Positions 1 to 13,104 of a DNA stretch of 64,000 nt are shown piece after piece; the stretch's first letter is position 1; every line of letters starts with the position of its first letter. Origin of the DNA: Octopus vulgaris (taxonomy: Eukaryota); assembly GCA_951406725.2 (NCBI GenBank), contig OX597814.1, positions 69,502,001-69,566,000 on the forward strand. Direction: 5' to 3'. A program made the position numbers and the translations under genes. The notes under the pieces are model-generated. The model was not told the origin of the DNA and made no database searches. It worked only from the letters and a program-made list of their open reading frames with translations.

Positions 1-302
1 GAAGGCTCAATGCCAGATGTATCAAAACAACTGTTGTGATTAATAATAAATTTTCATATATTCCATCTTCTATCTTTTATTTATCATATATGTACATACA
101 CATGCATAATTAAGGATAAAATCTAATGATCTTATCAGTGGCCTTACTCTGGTATTATCTTGATCAAATACACACATGGTTGAGATGAATAATCAAATTT
201 GCCTCATATATACATGTGGATATATGTATATATTTGTATATATATATATGAATGTATTTGTATGGGTATGTATATATATTTATATTCATGTACTTCTAGT
301 AT

Positions 303-363
303 ATTCTATTGATGAAGGTAAAGTAATTTGTATTACTAAATCAGAAATTGGATGATCTAGAAT
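303..363 (+). ncRNA. Hammerhead-ribozyme-like motif (type I, C3U variant) in a probable PLE terminal repeat
   Basis: ATTCTA-TTGATGA-[helix II with AGTAAT/ATTACT]-GAAA-TTGGATGA-TC-TAGAAT. Helix I ATTCTA/TAGAAT is 6 bp. Confidence 0.55.
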
Positions 364-574
364 TAATCTCAAAATTTTACTAAATCTCTGTTTTCATTTG
401 CTCGCTTTCATCCTTGTACTAATGGAGTGTAATTGAAGTGGTTTTTAGAGTTTTTTGATGTCTATATCTAGTTTGTAGGTACTGTTTCTCAGTACCCTTA
501 ATTTTAATTATATCTATAGTTATATATATATATATACACACACACATGTACTTACATACCCCTCTCTCTATATT

Positions 575-656
<82 letters not shown>

Positions 657-1309
657 TATATATATATTCAATCAGTTGTTCTTAAATCTGAAAGAAGCAC
701 ACTCTAAAACAATTTTTCTGAGCAGTCATATTTTATGTAGTCATTGGTTGCGCCCAGTCAGAAGGTCATCACTGGTTTCACATATATTAATGCCCATAGC
801 AATATAAGCAATCGAACAGATTTGCTGGTACATAACCTCTTTATCAAAGGGGTAAAAATACAGCCTTGGTCAGCTTGGTGGTGCAAAATTTTTTATAAGT
901 GGAAACTCCAATGTAGGCTTCCCTGCCTGCTGACTAGTGTATGGAAAATGTACATAAACCGATACTTTTGGGATGCAACTGGAGCTGTTGAAAGGGAGGT
1001 AACTCCATTTCTCTGAGAAAAGGTTAACATTGAAAATATTTCATTTCAGGTGTTTTTTCACCTATCAAGCTGCACAAGTCTGTATTTACACCTCCATTAG
1101 TAAAGAGATTGTGAAACCAATGCTGAGTGGTTGGTATTAGGAAGGGCATCCAGCTGTAATAATCCTATCAAAACAGTCACAGAAGTCAGGTGCAGGCTTT
1201 GGCTTGGCTGGCTCTTATACCATCCTATTCATGCTAGCATGGAACACAGACGTTAAATGATGATGATTATCAATACATATATATAAAAGAGAGATTCTGT
1301 CCATTGAGC

Positions 1310-1460
1310 AAAATATTCTCACTGGTTGTGATAAACATGACACCATCTTCGTTCCTTGCATACCACTTATGCAGATTCCTATCCTACCGCTATGAGCATT
1401 AATAAAAGTCAGGGCCAATCACTAAAAGTTGTTGGATTGCAATTTGAAGAACACAGAAGT
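1310..1460 (+). mobile_element. Helitron PIF1-family helicase fragment
   Basis: ILTGCDKHDTIFVPCIPLM followed, after a frame break, by AMSINKSQGQSLKVVGL, matching the PIF1/Helitron motif (F)AMTINKSQGQSL. Confidence 0.7.
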
Positions 1461-1930
1461 TTGTATATGAAATCCATCTTTTTTCTACTTCAATTATTAC
1501 ATATTTTCCTCTTATATAATACACACATACAGTACACTTAAACCTAAATCTGGCAGATAGGACACAGCATTTGCAATTTCATTGGACTTTTACTTACTGT
1601 TGCCTTGCCTTCCATTCCTGTAATATAGCATCGGAATTTCAACGCTAATATTGACAGGACACATCATTTATAATTTCATTTCACTATTACTTACTGATAT
1701 TCCTAATAAAAAAAAAATGTCTGCAAAAGAAAGACCATCAAAAAACAAATGCCAAACAAATGCATGACGTGTGATGCTTTTGTTCCACTTGACCTGCAGC
1801 CTTTTCAGTGCCATTGCAGTCAACTGGATTCCGTAAAGCTATTCTTCCATATGATATACCCATTTTTCTAGCTTCTCGGCCTGAGAAACAGTAAAAGTAA
1901 TTACCTGATCAACAATGGGTATCACTGCCA

Positions 1931-1979
<49 letters not shown>

Positions 1980-1989
1980 TAAGATGAAT

Positions 1990-2290
1990 TAAATCTGGCA
2001 GGCAGGGGAGGAGAATGTGACACGCATGAGTAAAGACAGCTGTATAAAGAAGTGCCTGTCACTGGAAGTGGATGGTACCTGAGCAAGATGGAGGCCCAGA
2101 AACACATGGGATGAAGTGGTGAGGATTGATCTCAGAATAGAGGAAAGGACAATGGACTTTGATGTCTGGTGGTATGAGGTTCTATAGAAGACACACCCAC
2201 AGCAGCGAAAGTGAGTGCTAGAAGTGTTGTGCCCCATTACATTTATGAATTTGTGTTGCAAGATTCCTAATGTGAACCGTGTGTTGAAAC
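1990..2290 (+). mobile_element. RTE LINE 3' remnant, interrupted by the CR1-group insertion and resuming near 7020-7770
   Basis: Decayed C-terminus ...SCIKKCLSLEVDGT..RPRNTWDEVVR. Sequence after 7040 (aaccaaactacatctc...) matches the equivalent part of the uninterrupted copy at 60900-60960 and ends in a GAT-repeat tail near 7760. Confidence 0.65.
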
Positions 2291-2334
2291 AGATATTTCA
2301 TTTCATTTCATTTCATTTGAGTTTGAGTCCATGC

Positions 2335-5300
2335 TCAGGCCAAGTCGAAGACTCCACCCTCAGAGTCTGGTGTGGTTGCCAGGTTGTATTCTCTGTTTAA
2401 TTTTGACATGTGTAGGAGCGAATTTGAGTCAGTTTGTGCTCGTTGTATATATCCTGGGAGATGGGGTTCATCTCTAATGGTGCTTAAGTATCTATCCAGC
2501 TGCAATTTGAATGATTCCACACTGCATCCTGATAGATTTCTGACATGTACTGGAATGGAGTTGAATAGTTGTGCTCCTCGAACCAACAGACTTGACTCTC
2601 GCAGGGTTTTTGCTGCCTGGCCAGCCTTTTTGTTGATTGGTGGTAGCTGGCAGCGTCTTCCGTGGCGCAGTGAATGGTAGGTTTTGATACCAAAGTTTGG
2701 CACCTTTTGCTCTATCATTTTCCAAATGTATATAATTCGGTATCGCTCAAATCTTCTTTCTATTGAGTACATCTTCAAGGTTTTGAGTCTTTGCCAATAG
2801 TCCAGGTCCCTCGTTTCTGAGAAGTATGAGGTAAAATTTCTCTGGAGTGATTCCATCTTAGATAGTTGGCCCTTTGTTGTTGGTGACCACAACTGAGAAC
2901 AGTAGTCAATCCTCGGAAGTATCATACTGTTCCAGAGGGTTTTCATTGTTGAGGTATCTCTTGATTTGAAGGTGCGCAAGATCCACCCGCTGTACTTTCT
3001 TGCAGTAAGACAGACTGAGTCAAGGTGTTCTCTGAATTTTAGGCTGGTTCCCATGTGGATGCCTAAATCTTTCACATACTGTTTTTCCATTATTTGTTGT
3101 CCTGATGGGTTTCTGTAGTTTGTTGTATTTTCAGATCTTGATCTGTTCCGTAGCGAATTAGTTCAAACTTCTTATTGAACAACATGTTGTTTGTTTCCTG
3201 CCATTTATATATGGTGGTCAGGTCCTTTTGTAAGGCCTCTGTATCCACCTCGTCTTTGATTTGTCTCATGACCCTGGTGTCATCAGCAAAGGATGAGACG
3301 TTGCTGGTTGTATCTTCATCTATGTCAGAGATGAGGATGAGAAACAGGATTGGGCCAAGTACTGTACCCTGAGGAACACTGCTGGTCACAGGTGATGGTG
3401 TTGAATGGGTTCCATTCACAGTGACTGTTTGAGTTCTATTTGTAAGGAACTCATGTATCCATGTACCAACTTTTCCTCCTACTCCTAGCTTTCGAAGTTT
3501 GTGACCCAGGATGCCATGATCTACCTTGTCAAATGCCTTGGCAAAGTCGAGGTAAATAACATCTGTGTTGTATCCATTCTCTAGATTTTCTAGGATTTGG
3601 TCATGGTGTGCCAGTAGTTGGGAAAGACATGATCTACCTAACCTGAATCCATGCTGGTTGTAATTCATCAGATTGTTGGATTCCAGGAACTCAACCAGTT
3701 TTCCACGAACTATTCTTTCGAAGACCTTGATAATGTGTGATGTCAGTGAGATTGGTCGGTAGTTCTTTGGTTTTGATTTGCTGTCCTCTTTATGTATTGG
3801 AGTTATGTGTGCTTCTTTATATGTATTTGGTATTTTGCCATTCTCCATAGATTCCCTCCATATCATGTAAAGGGGTTTCAACAATTGTACCTTGCAGTTT
3901 TTAAGTATCATGGCATTGAAACCGTCAGGCCCCGCAGCCGAGTGCATGGAGAGCTTGTCTATGGCTCTTTCTATGTCTTCTGGGTTGAAATCAATGTCGG
4001 ATAGGGTAGGTTTAGTATGGTCGATATCCTTGAAGAATTTTCCTGGGTCATGGATCTTCATGGTTTTAGATGGCTCACTGAAGACACTTTCATACTGTTG
4101 ACCCAACACTTCTGCCATTTCAATAGGGTTATTCACTACATCCCCATTTTGTCTCTGGAGAGGTCCTATTGTTGACTTGGTATTCGAGTATTTCTTTGCA
4201 AAACTGTAGAAACATTTTGGATTTTTCTTGATGTTTTCTATGGCTCTCTTTTCTGCATTGTTACGTTCTTCATCATAGTGTTGTTTTAGATCGTCTTCTA
4301 ATCTGTATATTTGGTCAAGGACTTTCTGTAATTCATGTTTTGATGTCAGCTTAAATGTTTTGTTTCTTAGTCTTGACCTGTTGCGCATCAGGATCTTTCG
4401 CTCCCGTGGTACAGGTTTTTTTGTGGATTTGGTTTTCTTAAGAGGAATATTTTTTGCACATATTTCTTCGATCTTGTTTAAGAATTTCTTGTGTTTATCT
4501 GGCCCAGTAAGGTAGAGATCCCAGTCAATGGTTTGTAACTGGTTGTTAATAGTTTCCCAATTTGCCTGGTGATAATCATACCTGCATAGCTTTGGCATGT
4601 CCTTTTGTTTAAGAGTTGTGGCATCGGGCTCATTACCGATGTGTAAATGCATTTCAATAATATTGTAGTCTGAAAGGATTGTTGGGGTTGAGTGAAGGTC
4701 AAATAGCGTGTCCTCGTTGTTGGTGAAAACCAAGTCGATCGTATTATTATTTCTTGTTGTTTCTGTCATCATTTGTTTGAGGTATAATTTCTCTGTGACT
4801 TCCAACAGTTTGGCTGCCTGTATTTGTTCAGCTTTTGTCCCCAGTTTCAGTATGTGTCCATGTGGCCAGATGATGTTAGGGAAGTTGAAGTCACCAAGGA
4901 GGATAATGTCTGGCATTGGACTCGCCATGTTTCCCAGAATTTGTTGGAGCTTTGTCAGTGGCTCAGTGAAGGATAATGTTGGGCTGTTTGGCGGTCTGTA
5001 CATTATTGTTACAACTGTATTAAGTTGGATGATTTTTATGCACAGCAGGTTGCAGTAGGCATTTGATTCATTGACAAGTTCTATGCATGCATAGGTATCA
5101 TGGATATACATGATAACGCCCCCATGGGATCTGCCTTGTCTATCACATCTGAAGATGTTGAATCTATTGATTGTGATTTCGCTGTTGCGGATGTTTTCGT
5201 TGAGATGACTTTCAGTAATTCCAATTATTTTGGAGTTGTTTTCTGTTGCTAATTCTTCCAAGAAAGGGACTTTACACTGTTTTGTTTTCGGATAAAGACC

Positions 5301-5543
5301 CTGGATATTTGCTGTTATTATGCTTGTTGTACCGGATACATCTGCCCTATTGTTGGCAAGACTGTTGTAGTTGCTGGGACTGTGCTGACTGGATATTCGG
5401 TCTACTGGGCTGTCTGTATTTGTTGTATGTGCCCTGTAAGTCCAGGTGTCAGCCTTTGTATCAATGTTGCCTGGTTTTGCTGAGTCATCTCTATGGAGTA
5501 CAGCTGTTGTTGTAGTTGGTAGATTATGCCTAAAAAACTGCTT
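2335..5543 (-). pseudogene. LINE ORF2 (APE endonuclease plus reverse transcriptase) with one apparent frameshift
   Basis: The frame is open from 5543 through the 723-aa ORF. A 1-nt loss near 3130 would join it to the 251-aa ORF as ...DLKNTTNYRNPSGQQIMEKQYVKDLG. Confidence 0.88.
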
Positions 5544-5553
5544 TCATTCATTA

Positions 5554-6666
5554 CTATATCGAGTTTGGGTTTGTTACAGCTGATGTATGCAATTGAGTAG
5601 CATGATTTTCATTCACTGTTGAGCCATGACCTGGTTTCCGCATTTTTGGGAAATGGTTTTCATACCCTGCTGAGCTTGGTCCTGGTGGTGTGGGTTCAGT
5701 AGTTTTTATGCGAATTGTACCCTTCCAGTGCATAAATTTGCAATTCTCGCCAAAACATTATTTTTTTCTCAGCGAATTGCGGCACATCTTTGGGTGAAGG
5801 AGTTCACATTCTCAGCCATTTTGGCATCCTTTTTTTCGATCAGTACCGAAGTTGATATATGGTTTGCATGGTTTGGGGTGACTGTACGTGCACCCTTTAC
5901 CTGAAGGACCATGTTTGCACTTGTTGCTCCTGTAATGGATACATACTGGCCTTTCTTCATTTGAGTGTTTGCTCTGAATCTGTTTCTTTTTGTGGGAAGT
6001 TTGGTCTTTTTCTGCAGGATCTCCTGTTTCTTGTTTTGTAGGTGTTTGCATGTCATTGTCTTCATTCTTGTCATTTACAAGAGGCACTTGGATGGCCTGT
6101 GTGTGGCAGGATTTATTTGCCATGTCAGTTTCGCCAATCAATGTCTGTTTAGAATGGCCTGTCTGTGGTAGGGTCCTAAGTTCATTCGTTATTGTGGCCC
6201 TTGGTGAACAATAACCGCATAGCCAGTGTAGGCCTAGAATATCTGGAATGGTGTGGTTATTTATCTTTTTTAAGTAGCACGCTTCGTGTATTCCTTGTCC
6301 ACAGATGAAGCATGCCAAAGCTGGTTTTTGGCCAAATGTAATGCAGTACTGTTTGTCACACATTTTGCAAGTCTCCGGGAGGAAGTTTTCAATCCTTGTT
6401 ATAATCCAGTTGGTGAGGTTTGATTTTGTGAGCTCAACTTGAACACCATCATTCAAGAAAGCTGCTGCTTTCTTTAACATCGTAAACTTACAGTTGGTGA
6501 AAATATTTTTGTATATTGCTCCACTTTCCTGTTTGATATCATATTTCGACAAGACACTTTTTATATCTTGATTTTGTGTTGATGAGATGATTTTCAATAT
6601 GATGTCTGTGGCCAGGCAAGTGTTGCTCTCTGAGCTGGCAGTCCGTGGATTTCTGTTACCCGTCAT
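5554..6666 (-). pseudogene. LINE ORF1, PHD finger plus three CCCH-like zinc fingers, disrupted
   Basis: CKMC...CFIC..GIHEAC...WLCGYC, then CIHYRSNKCKHG..C..H, CKPY...C..CELLH and CRNS...CFGENCKFMH. In-frame TGA at 5812 (likely CGA>TGA) and a frameshift in the A-run near 5760. Confidence 0.8.
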
Positions 6667-7918
6667 CGTTTCTGTTACCCGTCATCGATATTGTTATATT
6701 TCAGGATGGTTTTTTTTTTCCCTCAAATACACACACACACTGTATTTTTGTTCTTCACTTATTTATTACAGTTCTTATTTTATCTTATAACCATTGTCCA
6801 GAAATCTTTTGTCACATTTGTGACCTCTTCAGCAACCTTTTCCATCCATGTGTATCCTCCTGCTCTGTTTAGTCTATTCTGTCAGGTAAATGGCCCTACT
6901 CAATATGTAGGAAAAGAGTAGGAAGTAATTCCATTTACTGCACCCAGTGTAAGTTATGAACACATAAGAGATGCAGTGGAATCACAAGTAGATTAACAGA
7001 TAAGATCATTTTCATATGTAGCAGATGTGCAGGAACAATAAGCACCCTACCCCAAGAAACCAAACTACATCTCCTCTTCTAAACTGCATCTTTTTCTTCC
7101 TCATATTTCCTCTCTAAACACTATTATCTCCTACTCCCCATCTCTGCCCTCACTGCCTGCTCACTGTCTTGCTGCTCCCCCCTCCCCCTCTCTATACCCA
7201 GGTTCTTACAAGTTATTGCAATCCTCACTCCCTACTTCTCCTTCTTGGCAGTACCTGGCAGCATATATTATGACCTTCATACCTTGATGGCATGCCCTGG
7301 CAATTGCCACCATTTATCTCTCTCTTCCTTCCTCTACCAGTCCATCTAGGCTCTGATCTCTGTTACTTGTGAGTATACCCTGGCACTTCACCATCTCTCT
7401 CCTGCTCTCTTGCACTTTTTCTGTTTCTCACTCTCTCTTTCTCTTTCCCTTGCTCTTTCCTGTAGCTGGGTAGCCATGTATCTCCTCTGCAGCAGCACAC
7501 CTGTTTCTACCCTCATTCTTGATAACTTCCTCTCTCTCTTCTCTTGCTCTTCTCTATGGCTAAGTATCTCCTTTACACCAGCACACCTGTCTCTGTCCTC
7601 TTTCTTGTACCTATCTCTGAAGAGTGGTTGATGTTAGGAAGGGCATCCAGGCATAAAAACCCTATCAAAACAGACACAGTAGCCTGATGTAGTCTTCTAC
7701 TTGGCTGGCTTCTGTCAAACTGTCCAACCCACACTTGCTTGAAAGGCAGACATTAAACGATGATGATAATGAGATATATATATATATTTACTTATATAAT
7801 TATATTTATTTTATTTTTTTGTCTTACTTAATTTTTCATGTTTCCCTCTTCTGGGTATCTTTTTCTCTCTGTCTCATGAATTTAAACCAGTAACAGTTTT
7901 CTGATAAACAATTTTCTG

Positions 7919-8041
7919 ATTCCTGATGATTTGGGTTCTTTTTAAATTTATTTGATTAAAAATAATAAAATTAAAATTATGTCTCCTTATTATGTAATTA
8001 TAAATTTGATGGTGTGTATCTTAATAAAACAGCTGTTGAAT
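7919..8041 (+). ncRNA. Degenerate hammerhead-like motif with a long helix II insert
   Basis: ATTC-CTGATGA-(about 95 nt)-AAAA-CAGCTG-TT-GAAT. Palindromic CAGCTG in helix III; GAAA is mutated to AAAA. Confidence 0.4.
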
Positions 8042-8386
8042 ACAATGAACTATTTATAAAATTATAAAATGAATTATTTATGTAGTATGAACTAATTATA
8101 GTATAAACTACTTACAAAATTTATGTTTTTCTGTTTTATGCTAAATATGTTGCTCTTAAAGATCATTTTAGTTGATTTATGTATAAGCATGCAAGTGGAT
8201 CCCATATGGATTTAATGGAATATAATAGCCTCTTGGAGTTTAACGACCTTTCATTAACTGAGCTTAGTTACTATGGATTTATTCCTTGATCTGTATACAT
8301 CAATTCTTTATGTCTCTGTGTATTGTAATGATAGTTTATCTGTATTTTTATTTGTCTTACTGTCATACATCATCCTCTGCAATATA

Positions 8387-9652
8387 CAAGGTGGTATCAG
8401 AAAGTTCCCGGACTAGTTCTGTAGCACACCAACAGGTGGCAGCACACAGTTGCTTGGGCAGTGAGAGCTAGCAGTGACCTTCATGAGGCAGTGTCATTGC
8501 TGTTTTTACTTTGCAAGTCATGAAATTTGTGTTTTTGTGATCATGTGTATACTGTAGTCTGCAATTTTGTCATGGGCAGGAAGTTGGAACAAAGAGCTAA
8601 AGTGAAATCTTGTGTTATCCTTGGGAAATCTTCTACAGAAATATTGGGCATGCTTCAGCGAGCTTACAGCAATGAGGCAATGGGTCATACACAATGTTCC
8701 GAGTAGCATGGGCACTCCAAAAGTGGAAGAAATTCCCTGGAAGACAATGAGCGATCTGGAAGACCTGCCATGAGCGTCACTCCCAAAAATGTGGAGAAAA
8801 TTCATCAGCTTGTGCATGAGGATTGTCAGAGGACAATCAATGACATTGCTGATGTTGTTGGTCAATCGTATGAGTCTGTGCAGACAAACCTAGCATTTGA
8901 ATTGAACATGCATTGTGTCTCTACCAAGTTTGTCTCCAGCCTGCTGACTACTGAGCAGAAAGAACATTGTATCAAAGTCTGTTAAGATCTCCATCAGTGT
9001 GCCACTGATGACCCATTCTTCATGTTGAGGATCATCACTGATGACGCGAGTTGAATCTACAGGTATGACCCTAAGACAAAGCAGCAGTCATCACAATGGA
9101 AAAGCCCTTCAACTCCATGACTGAAGAAAGCATGACAGAGTCACAGCTCAATCAAAAGCATGGTCATCGTTTTTTTTACATCTATAGTATTGTGCATTGA
9201 GAATTATCTCCCAGAGCCAGACTGTCAATCAAGAGTTCTAATTCAGAGAAAGCGACTGGATCTGTGACATAATGACAATGCACCCTGTCACCAAGCTCTC
9301 CTCACTTGTGAGTTTCTCACCAAAATCAACATGGTATCACTTCTGTACATACTCTATTCATCAGATTTAGCATCTGTTGACTTCCATCTCTTCCCAAGAT
9401 GAAAATGCAGCTTAAAGGTCACCGTTTTAACACTGGTGTCAAGATCAAGAGTGAATTGCTGAAGGTTTTTTACTCACTTATGGAAAATGACTTTGAGGCC
9501 AAATTTCAAAAGTGGTAAGAACATTGGGACTGATGTATTGCTGCACAAGGTGACTATTTTGAAGGAGATAATGTCACCGATAATGTCACTTAGGTACATA
9601 AGTTATTTTTTATTCAACATAACTAGTCTGGGAACTTTTTGATACCACCTCA
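8387..9652 (+). mobile_element. Full-length decayed mariner (DD34D) transposon
   Basis: TIRs caaggtggtatcagaaagttcccggactagt / actagtctgggaactttttgataccacctca with TA flanks. Remnant motifs EQRAKVK, LEDNERSGRP, ITDDAS.IYRYDP, HNDNAPCH, YSSDLASVDFHLFP. Confidence 0.9.
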
Positions 9653-9780
9653 TATTTATCTCATTGTCAACTGTACTGGGTCTGTTTCACACTCTTAACT
9701 TTTCATAGTTACATGGACTGGTATAGCTTTGTTAGTTTGCAATACTGAATAGTTGCTTTCATACATCCCTATACTCTCTT

Positions 9781-10147
9781 TTTTTACTCTCTTTTACTTG
9801 TTTCAGTCATTTGACTGAGGCCATGCTGGAGCACTGCCTTTAATCAAGCCAATCGATCCCAGTACTTATTTTATTGGGTCTTTTGCCGAACCACTAAGTT
9901 ACAGGGATGTAAAAACACCACCATTGGTTGCCAAGTGATATTGGGGGGACAAACACAGACACACACACACACATATACATATATATATACGACAGGCTTC
10001 TTTCAGTTTCTGTCAACCAAATCCACTCACAAGGCTTTGGTCAGCCCAAGGCTATAGCAGAAGACACTTGCCCAAGGTGCCATGCAGTGGGAATGAACCT
10101 GGAACCATGTGGTTGGTAAGCAAGCTACTTACCACACAGCAACTCCA
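9781..10147 (-). mobile_element. tRNA-derived SINE
   Basis: Minus strand begins ggagttgctgtgtggtaag...ggttccaggttcattccc (A/B-box-like) and has an internal (TG/TA)n tract. Related partial copies at about 10730-10890 and 58355-58630. Confidence 0.75.
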
Positions 10148-11297
10148 GCATCTATACCAATTTATTCTATACAATATGATAGTATGTTCTGTTTGCAGCT
10201 AACTGTTCATTTCCTATCTTTCTGCATTTTGTTTGAAAAAGGGGTATTTCTAGGATCATTATACATGCATTACAATCTATATTCAATAGCATATATATTT
10301 CTAAAGACATTTTATTTTTCTAGTAACAGCTATGAAATCTTCCAAATTTGTGTTCTAACAAATTTGTGATATCAATATGATGGCTGAAACTACACCATAT
10401 ATCCTTCAAATGAAAAGGTTTGCTTCAGAGAGGTAAAAGCTGAAAGCTTTTATTTTCTGGTTAAATGATCTGACTCTCTGGTTTTCACAATTTTCTGATA
10501 TGTAATGACATCAGAAGTAGCATGTTTAATCTGGCTTGTTTTAGCCAGAAATAGCATATACAATGTAGGAAAGAGAGCAGACTAGCTATGAAATATCAAC
10601 AGCAATCACCAGGCAACCCAGTAGGTTGATCTCTCAGCTATTATATAATTTCTCAAATGATTATTTATGTTTCAAACCTTACCCTTCCCTGTATTCAAAT
10701 ATTGTCTTCTTTGTGTATGTAACAAGAGGCACCAAACATGGTTGTGCAGTTAAGAAGTTTTCTTGACAATCTTGAGGCTTAGAGTATGCTACTAAAATGC
10801 ATTATCTTAGGCATGTGTTTTATACCATAACTTCATGCTGAGCAATATCTTCTAAGTGTAATTTGGCTTACAGAGATGATGTAGAAACTAGTGTGTGTGC
10901 ACATGCATACACACACATCTTTTGCCAATGCAAGCAAAACCAAATAATCTGTGCTTTAAAATATACTATATAGTGCTGGTTTTACTTGAGTTGTACAAAT
11001 AATCTCTGTAACTCTCACTATGGATTGGCATCTTGATTGCTAAATGTGATACTAAAATAGTTATTTTTAAAAAACTGACACAAAAAGTAGAGGATCAAAA
11101 TTAAAAGAAAATTGTAATAATTACTTTAATCATTCAAGGTTTACCTTCGCTTCTTATACATCCTAGCTTGATACATTAAATGCCATAGTTGAATCATATA
11201 ATTCTTTTATATAAATGACTATGGTGTTAAGAAAAATATCTTTGAAATAATACTCATTTCAAATTATTGGACACATACAAGAAAATCCAATACTTAC

Positions 11298-11492
11298 TTT
11301 AAGAACAAAGCTTTCTTCTGGTTGCAATTTCTGATCTAATATAGCCTGTTTTATATTCTTCTCAAATTCAATGTTACGTTTCCGGGGTACATCCAAGGAA
11401 GGGAAGAGATCACTTATAAGTCCCATGAAAACTGGATAATCATCAGTCACAATTTTAGGGATGTTGAAATCTCGTAATGCTCTCATCAGTAC
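11298..11492 (-). CDS. DNAH9/DNAH17-like: Dynein heavy chain exon F, AAA1 small domain towards AAA2
   Basis: ggtag|[40 protein letters not shown]...QPEESFVLK|gtaagt. 195 nt. The next exon (expected VVQLEELL...) was not found in 1-11297. Confidence 0.95.
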
Positions 11493-13060
11493 CTACCAAT
11501 ATCAAACAGTGGCAAAATAAGTTCATTGTAAGAAATGAACTTGGCTTAATGCTTGTTTTCCTCTTTTTTATTTTTATCTTATATAGTATTTAGTTTCTAA
11601 ATTAACTCTTTTAGCAATATGCAAAAACACTGAGCTACCTAAAATAACTAATGGAAAAAAAATTCAGTGCTGCCTTTAGATAAGTTTTATCTTTAAAATA
11701 TTCAAAGAAAACTGAGCAGCTTTTAATTTTTTAGAGTGTAGTGTTTTCAAAATATCTTTGAGAGATTCAAAATGAAATATTTTCATTTCTCTTTGCATAA
11801 AAAAGTTGTCTGTGCATCTAGTGGGGGTTTAATTTTATATTGTATAAACATTATTTACATCATAAGAAATAGGAAATAAATCATTTTTAATGACAGAAAT
11901 AGATAAAGCTATAAATAATAGAATGAAAAACACCCTTTGGAATGAAAAAGTCAAACCACATTTTGTAAAACATGATAGACATTCTACCAATGTACAAAAA
12001 CAACCCTTCAAATTTTATCCACCCAATTTAGAAGCACTGTTCTTACTAGTAAGAATTGCATGTCTCACAAACAACCTTCAATTTTTTTTTCCATACAAGG
12101 GGTTTTTATCCAATATTTTATGCACTATTATTTAGCTTTCTCTACTTCAAGTTCCACTATTAAAAACAATTTATAATATAAACATGCCCATTTAATATCT
12201 CTCAAAACAAACAATTTTTGCTGACAAGAACAAAACTTCTAAACTGGATGGAAAATGGAGAAAATTTAAAAGGTTGCTTTGGTATAAAGGTGGAACATCT
12301 GTCATGTTTACAGATATGGATTCATGTTCCACAGGCAGCATTTGGCATTTTTCACCCAATGTTTATTTGTTTTTTTTACCTAATATTCTACATGCTACAG
12401 TATTAGCTACTTCAAGAACCAACATTAAAAACAATTTATAATATAAACATGCCCATAGTTTTCATAGCTTTTTTTCCCTGAAATGTAGAGAAAATATTCT
12501 TTTACAGCATATTACAAAATTAAAATGGTAAGATGTGATTTGAGGGAGATTTGACTACTATTTCCAGCGTGCTGAGTTACCATTTACAAGGAGTAAAATA
12601 TTGTTAGTCACTATGCAACAAGAAAAAGTCTCTGTCTCTCCCCCTCCCTCCCCTCTGTGAAAAACATATGAAAAGCTGTTGGTTTTACCAATAACTTTTC
12701 ATATATTACAATATGTCAATGTTAACATAAATAAGTTTTTAAAATAAATACCTAATAATAAAATATATGAATACTTGGTAAAATATTACAATATACAAAA
12801 GACAAATTAATATTTGGTAATCATGTAAGGTATTATAGACTTTCATAAAAAAACTGTAGGGTTTATTATATTCATACACTTATACCACTAAATGTATATA
12901 CATAAATACATTAATACAAACAAATATATATGCTTACACAAACGTTCTGAAAGTTTTATCCATATATATATATGCATATACACTATGTATACGCACTCAC
13001 ACAAACACTATATTCACATATATACATACATATGTATTTATATATATACACACATTATAT

Positions 13061-13101
<41 letters not shown>

Positions 13102-13104
<3 letters not shown>

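Larger units (their letters stand above)
2296..6950 (-). mobile_element. Near full-length CR1/L2-group LINE: ORF1 with PHD and CCCH fingers, ORF2 APE-RT, (GAAAT)n tail
   Basis: ORF2 has APE motifs (ITANIQGL, GITESHL, LGDFNFP, IDLVFTN, SDY) and RT motifs (YRPISLTS, YLDFAKAFDKVDH, VPQGTVLGP, FADD). Tail (tttca)n at 2296-2318. The 5' boundary is approximate. Confidence 0.92.

Noticed and set aside
1700-1920. Possible pogo/CENP-B-like transposase fragment, and the ORF at 744-1016
   Set aside because: Similarity is too weak to support without a profile search.
1-11297. Next dynein exon (expected VVQLEELL..RHSVF..G..GTGK)
   Set aside because: Not found by eye on the minus strand; presumably outside the window.
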